Positions 19,808-24,000 of a stretch of DNA of 24,000 bases are shown here, piece by piece. The stretch's first letter is position 1. Every line of letters begins with the position of its first letter. Origin of the DNA: Zobellella endophytica (GTDB lineage: Bacteria > Pseudomonadota > Gammaproteobacteria > Enterobacterales > Aeromonadaceae); NCBI RefSeq assembly GCF_003012775.1, contig NZ_PXYG01000005.1:20889-44888 (forward strand), written 5' to 3'. A program made the translations under genes and the position numbers. Under the pieces are notes generated by a model that was not told where the DNA came from, did no database searches, and saw only the letters and a list, made by a program, of their open reading frames with translations.

Positions 19808-19841
19808 AGTCATGTCAATGCCTACTGACATTTGTGACATT

Positions 19842-19874
19842 GCCCGCCGGTGGTTTCCGTCGGGCTTTGTTATT
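19842..19874 (+). terminator. Intrinsic terminator after the porin gene
   Basis: GCCCGCCGG-tggttt-CCGTCGGGC (8 of 9 positions pair) is followed by TTTGTTATT. It lies 35 bp after the stop codon. Confidence 0.7.
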
Positions 19875-19884
19875 GAGTAGAATG

Positions 19885-20046
19885 TAAATAACTGATCCTA
19901 ATGGTGCTACATCGGCCGGGCACCGCACACAGACACGCCGTAAACCCATCCCTGGGGGCTCCGCCGCGCTATCCCTGGCGCAGAGGGTCTGCTTAGTAGT
20001 ACCTGCCCGCTGTCTTTATTGATCTACTATTCGGAACAGCTATTTA
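19885..20046 (+). repeat. Intergenic MITE/REP-like repeat, copy C (162 bp)
   Basis: The ends TAAATAACTGATCCTAATGGTGCTACATC and TGATCTACTATTCGGAACAGCTATTTA match copy B. The interior carries short hairpin 'words' with the loop ATCCCTG (GTAAACCC-ATCCCTG-GGGGCT and GCGCT-ATCCCTG-GCGC). Confidence 0.8.
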
Positions 20047-20204
20047 TAGTGGTATTTAAGACAAAATGAATAAAGACATTGCCATTTACTTAAGGTTAGC
20101 GGCATTTTTCTTTCCGAGTGGAAGTGTGTTCTGGAGGGGCTTCAGCACCATCGGCTTCCCTCTCCGTTTTCAACCGCAGTGTGTTTTCCGCTCCGCCATC
20201 AAGC

Positions 20205-20239
20205 ACAAAAAAGCCACCCGAAGATGGCTTTTTTGTTTT
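20205..20239 (-). terminator. Intrinsic terminator of the decarboxylase gene, with an A-tract and a T-tract on either side
   Basis: On the minus strand the sequence is AAGCCAUC-UUCG-GGUGGCUU followed by UUUUGUGCUU. The same stem on the plus strand has a C.A mismatch, so it is better formed for the minus-strand transcript. It lies 52 bp past the stop at 20290. Confidence 0.8.
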
Positions 20240-20289
20240 CGGCTGCGTCGTCATGGCGTCGTCCCCGTTTATGGCGGGAGCGACGGGTC

Positions 20290-22551
20290 TTATTTGGCGA
20301 CACAATCCACGAAGTAGCGTGTTTCTCCCTGTTCTTCTTCCGCCACTAAACCGTGGATGTAGGTCTCGAAGCCGGGGAAGCATTGGTTGAATTCGCGGGC
20401 GAACTTGAGGTAGTTGACGATGATGTTGTTAAACGCCTCTCCCGGGATCAACAGCGGAATGCCCGGCGGATAGGGTGCGACCATCACTGCGGTGGTGCGG
20501 CCGGTCAGCTCGTCGAGCGGTACCCGCTCGATTTCCTTGTGGGCCATCTTGGCGAAGGCGTCCGCCGGTTTCATGGCCGGCACCAGATCGGACAGATACA
20601 TCTCGGTGGTCAGCTTGGCCACGTTGTTTTCCTTGTAGATCTGATGGATATGATCACAGAGATCGCGCAGGCCCACCCGCTCATAGTGGGGGTGTTTCTG
20701 TACGAATTCCGGCAGTATCTTCCACAGCGGCACGTTGTTGTCGTAATCGTCCTTGAACTGCTGCAACTCGGTGACCATGGTATTCCAGCGACCCTTGGTG
20801 ATGCCGATGGTGAACATGATAAAGAAGGAATAGAGTCCGGTTTTTTCGATGACGATGCCGTGCTCGGCCAGGTACTTGGTGACCACCACCGCCGGAATGC
20901 CGCTGTCGGCAAAATCGCCCTTCATGTTCAGGCCCGGCGTCAGGATGGTCGCCTTGATGGGATCGAGCAGGTTGAAGCCGGGTTCGATGTCGCCAAAGCC
21001 GTGCCAGCTGGCGTCGGCCTGCAGCATCCAGGCATCCCGTTCGTCCAGGCCGTCGTCGGTGAGATCATCCGGCCCCCAGACCTTGAACCACCAGTCGGCG
21101 CCGTATTCATCATCCACCTTGCGCATGGCGCGGCGGAATTCCAGGGCTTCCGCCAACGATTCTTCCACCAGGGCGGTACCGCCCGGCTCTTCCATCATGG
21201 CGGCAGCCACATCGCAGGACGCGATGATGGCATACTGCGGGCTGGTGGACGTGTGCATCAGATAGGCTTCATTGAACACATGGCGGTCGAGTCGCTTCTG
21301 TTCGCCGTCCTGCACCAGGATCTGCGAGGCCTGGGACAGGCCCGCCAGCAGCTTGTGGGTGGACTGGGTGGCGAACACCATGGAGTCATTGCAGCGTGGC
21401 CGGCCGGCGCCGATGGCGTGATAGTCGCCGTAAAAATCGTGGAAGGCGGCGTGGGGCAGCCAGGCTTCGTCGAAATGCAGGGTTTCAATCTCCCCGTCCA
21501 GCAGGCTCTTGATCTCCTCCACGTTATAGAGGATGCCGTCGTAGGTGGACTGGGTAATGGTCAGCACCCGGGGCTTGACGTCCGGGTTCTTGGCCAGGAT
21601 CTCGCGGCAGAAGGGGTTGGCCTGCATCTTTTCGCGGATACGCTCCGGCTCGAATTCACTGCGGGGGATGGGGCCGATAATGCCGTAGTGGTTGCGGGTC
21701 GGCATCAGGAACACCGGCACCGCGCCGGTCATCATGATGGCGTGCAGTATGGATTTGTGACAGTTGCGATCCACCACGACGATGTCGCCGGGGGCCACGG
21801 TGGAGTTCCACACGATTTTATTGGAGGTGGAGGTACCGTTGGTCACGAAGAACAGGTGATCGGCGTTGAAGATGCGGGCGGCGTTACGCTCTGAGGCGGC
21901 CACCGGGCCGGTGTGGTCGAGTAGCTGGCCCAGCTCGTCCACCGAGTTGCAGACGTCGGCACGCAGCATGTTTTCGCCGAAAAACTGGTGGAACATGCGT
22001 CCCACCGGTGATTTCAGGAAGGCGACGCCGCCGGAATGGCCGGGACAGTGCCAGGAGTAGGAACCGTCCTGGGCATAGTGGGTCAGGGCGCGGAAAAAGG
22101 GCGGTGCCAGGGAATCCAGGTAGCTTTTGGCCTCGCGGATGATATGCCGGGCGACGAAGTCGGGGGTGTCTTCGTGCATGTGGATGAAACCGTGCAGCTC
22201 GCGCAGTATGGCGTTGGGTATATGCCGGGCGGTGCGGGTTTCGCCGTAAAGATAAATGGGGATATCCGGGTTGCGATGGCGGATCTGCTCCACAAAGCCG
22301 CGCAGCTGCTCCAGTACCGAATGGGCTTCCTCCCGGCTGCCGCCGAGCTCTTCGTCATCAATGGACAGCACGAAACCGGCGGCACGACTCTGTTGCTGGG
22401 CAAAGGAAGTCAGATCACCATAACTGGTGTAGCCCACCACATCCATTCCGGCCTTTTCGATGGCGGACGCCAGCTCACGGATGCCCGAGCCGCTGGTGTT
22501 CTCGGAACGGAAGTCTTCATCGATAATGACGATGGGAAAATAAAAGCGCAT
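20290..22551 (-). CDS. Large PLP-dependent Orn/Lys/Arg decarboxylase (fold type I, wing domain plus core), closest in memory to Pseudomonas LdcA-type lysine decarboxylase
   Basis: Conserved blocks are YSWHCPGHSGGVAFLKSPVG..FHQFFGEN, FFVTNGTSTSNKIVW, VVDRNCHKS, the PLP-lysine motif STHKLLAG, and PYPPGIPLLIPGE. The preferred start is the ATG at 22551 (MRFYFPIVIIDEDF), with AAAGGAAA upstream. The track ORF extends to 22578. Confidence 0.9.
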   Translation of the reverse strand: MRFYFPIVIIDEDFRSENTSGSGIRELASAIEKAGMDVVGYTSYGDLTSFAQQQSRAAGFVLSIDDEELGGSREEAHSVLEQLRGFVEQIRHRNPDIPIYLYGETRTARHIPNAILRELHGFIHMHEDTPDFVARHIIREAKSYLDSLAPPFFRALTHYAQDGSYSWHCPGHSGGVAFLKSPVGRMFHQFFGENMLRADVCNSVDELGQLLDHTGPVAASERNAARIFNADHLFFVTNGTSTSNKIVWNSTVAPGDIVVVDRNCHKSILHAIMMTGAVPVFLMPTRNHYGIIGPIPRSEFEPERIREKMQANPFCREILAKNPDVKPRVLTITQSTYDGILYNVEEIKSLLDGEIETLHFDEAWLPHAAFHDFYGDYHAIGAGRPRCNDSMVFATQSTHKLLAGLSQASQILVQDGEQKRLDRHVFNEAYLMHTSTSPQYAIIASCDVAAAMMEEPGGTALVEESLAEALEFRRAMRKVDDEYGADWWFKVWGPDDLTDDGLDERDAWMLQADASWHGFGDIEPGFNLLDPIKATILTPGLNMKGDFADSGIPAVVVTKYLAEHGIVIEKTGLYSFFIMFTIGITKGRWNTMVTELQQFKDDYDNNVPLWKILPEFVQKHPHYERVGLRDLCDHIHQIYKENNVAKLTTEMYLSDLVPAMKPADAFAKMAHKEIERVPLDELTGRTTAVMVAPYPPGIPLLIPGEAFNNIIVNYLKFAREFNQCFPGFETYIHGLVAEEEQGETRYFVDCVAK

Positions 22552-22762
22552 CAGGTTTCCTTTGGTTGCCGTAAACATGCTCTGTGGATGAGCTTAGCCA
22601 GACATCATTCTAATGCCTACCCGCAGGTGTGACAAAAAATAGTTATGCACATGGCGTGATTAAAAATTGCTTTTGAACGCATTGCCGGGTGCCGTCTGGA
22701 AAAGAGGACCAGTTACGGGCACTATTCGAGACCATGACGGGCGTTATCGGTGGCGAGAAGAC

Positions 22763-23365
22763 ATGAGGACAATGGACAAGGTGGTGGGGCTGGGGCTGAC
22801 CATGGTGCTGCTGGCGGGCTGTGCGACCGCGCCGCCGCGCAATCCGGAAAACATCTGTGCCATCTTCGAACAGCACGGCGGCTGGCACCAGTCTGCCAAC
22901 AAGGCGCGGGAAAAGTGGGGAGCACCGGTGCACGTCACCATGGCGATGATGTACCAGGAAAGCAGCTTCAGGCACGATGCCCGGCCGCCGATGCGTTATT
23001 TCCTGTTCATTCCCTACGGCCGGGCCTCCGATGCCTACGGCTATGCCCAGGCCAAGAAAGCCACCTGGGCCGATTACCGGCGGGAGAGCGGCAACGGCTG
23101 GGCCGATCGGGACGACTTTGACGATGCCATCGACTTTATGGGCTGGTACATGAATAAAACCAGCAAAATCAACGGTATTTCCAAGTGGGATGGCTACGGC
23201 CAGTACCTCAATTATCACGAGGGCTGGGGCGGCTACCGCCGCGGCAGCCACCTGCGCAAGGGCTGGCTGCTCACCATCTCACGCAAGGTCGAAGCCCGGG
23301 CCCAGCGCTATGCGGAGCAGTACTGGCAATGTAAGGACCGGCTAAACCGTGGCTGGTTTGGCTGA
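22763..23365 (+). CDS. Lipoprotein with a lytic-transglycosylase (SLT/goose-lysozyme-like) domain
   Basis: From ATG 22763 the sequence reads [20 protein letters not shown], which carries the lipobox LAGC. The catalytic-Glu context is [14 protein letters not shown], followed by the GYAQ and Y..W blocks typical of SLT domains. The upstream part of the track ORF (22667-22762) lacks signal features. Confidence 0.75.
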   Translation: MRTMDKVVGLGLTMVLLAGCATAPPRNPENICAIFEQHGGWHQSANKAREKWGAPVHVTMAMMYQESSFRHDARPPMRYFLFIPYGRASDAYGYAQAKKATWADYRRESGNGWADRDDFDDAIDFMGWYMNKTSKINGISKWDGYGQYLNYHEGWGGYRRGSHLRKGWLLTISRKVEARAQRYAEQYWQCKDRLNRGWFG

Positions 23366-24000
23366 ATCGGCCAGCGCCAGGTATTTCTCCATTTCTTCGG
23401 CCGGCACCATGCCGCCACCGGTGGCCCATACCAGGTGATGGGCCCTGGCCAGGCGCGCCGGGGTCAGCCCCAGCCGCTGGCGATAGCCTTCGGTTTCGCT
23501 CAGCACCCTCAGCGCGCCCGGCATGCCGGCCAGGGCGGAGGGCTCGAGCCGGATGCCCTCTTCCCTCTCCAGCAACCCCAGCAGGAACAGCATTTCTTCG
23601 TCCGCCAGGCTGTAGAAACCATCCAGCATGGGGGCCATGGCCCGCCCCACAAAACCGGAGGCGCGGCCTACCGCCAGGCCGTCGGCGGCGGTGCGGTTGT
23701 CGATGCCCAGATCCTGTACCGAAATGGCGTCATGCAGTCCGGTGTACACGCCGAGCAACATGCAGGGGGAATGAGTCGGCTCGGCAAAAATGCAATGCAC
23801 CGCGTCGCCGAAGGCCAGCTTGAGGCCGAAGGCCACGCCACCGGGGCCGCCGCCGACCCCGCAGGGCAGGTAGACGAACAGCGGATGCTCCCGGTCCACG
23901 ATGATCCGCTGTTGCGCCAGCTGGGCCTTGAGCCGTTCGCCGGCCACTGCATAGCCGAGGAACAGCTGCACCGAATTTTCGTCATCCACGAAGTGACAGC
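23342..24000 (-). CDS. dsdA: D-serine ammonia-lyase (D-serine dehydratase), C-terminal ~219 codons; the 5' end lies off the right edge
   Basis: From memory it is near-collinear with E. coli DsdA. Shared blocks are [111 protein letters not shown] and [15 protein letters not shown]. The frame stays open to position 24000. Confidence 0.9.
   Translation of the reverse strand, partial: CHFVDDENSVQLFLGYAVAGERLKAQLAQQRIIVDREHPLFVYLPCGVGGGPGGVAFGLKLAFGDAVHCIFAEPTHSPCMLLGVYTGLHDAISVQDLGIDNRTAADGLAVGRASGFVGRAMAPMLDGFYSLADEEMLFLLGLLEREEGIRLEPSALAGMPGALRVLSETEGYRQRLGLTPARLARAHHLVWATGGGMVPAEEMEKYLALADSAKPATV

Noticed and set aside
20047-20239. Possible plus-strand sRNA between repeat copy C and the terminator at 20205-20239; also the 83/90/95-aa ORFs at 20066-20390
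   Set aside because: The terminator stem has a C.A mismatch on the plus strand but a G.U wobble and a UUCG tetraloop on the minus strand, so the decarboxylase gene explains it. The listed ORFs read straight through the terminator or into the decarboxylase gene. Only a short direct repeat (AGTGTGTT at 20123 and 20178) remains unexplained, which is not enough to call an RNA gene.
20353-21894. 513-aa plus-strand ORF, with other ORFs at 20475-21265 and 22036-22632, overlapping the decarboxylase gene
   Set aside because: It is fully antisense to a gene with unmistakable family motifs. The translation is Gly/Val/Asp/His-rich low-complexity sequence typical of shadow ORFs in GC-rich DNA. There is no Shine-Dalgarno and no recognisable domain.

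Overview
This window looks like ordinary chromosomal DNA from a fairly GC-rich Gram-negative bacterium, probably a gammaproteobacterium. That guess rests on the NahR/NahAa-, OprB-, Pseudomonas LdcA- and DsdA-like proteins. I support 18 protein-coding genes, two of them cut by the window edges.

Gene content, left to right:
- The 5' part of a NahAa-like dioxygenase reductase gene (1-659, minus strand).
- A complete, visibly AT-richer beta-glucoside PTS operon with both RAT/terminator riboregulators: bglG, bglF, bglB and an OprB-type porin (1183-7308, minus strand).
- An orphan 4-oxalocrotonate-tautomerase-family gene and a LysR regulator.
- A secreted Cys-type arylsulfatase, divergent from an octaheme c-type cytochrome fused to HEAT/TPR repeats.
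- An aromatic alcohol/aldehyde module: XylS-like AraC regulator, XylB-like aryl-alcohol dehydrogenase, aldehyde dehydrogenase and a divergent NahR-like LysR regulator, followed by a porin.
- A large PLP-dependent Lys/Arg/Orn decarboxylase, an SLT-domain lipoprotein, and the 3' part of dsdA.

I found no rRNA, tRNA, CRISPR array, transposase, integrase, phage gene or recognisable defence or toxin module.

Things not explained by standard annotation:
1. A family of roughly 150-160 bp intergenic MITE/REP-like repeats. Two copies are clear and about three are degenerate, some of them bracketing the bgl cluster.
2. The uncharacterised octaheme-cytochrome-HEAT/TPR protein next to the sulfatase. This is the best candidate for new biology, but only by guilt of position.
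3. Several strong hairpins and palindromes, and one Shine-Dalgarno-preceded mini-ORF.

I do not see convincing evidence for a discrete, previously undescribed multi-gene system here. All similarity statements come from remembered family motifs and sequences, not from searches.
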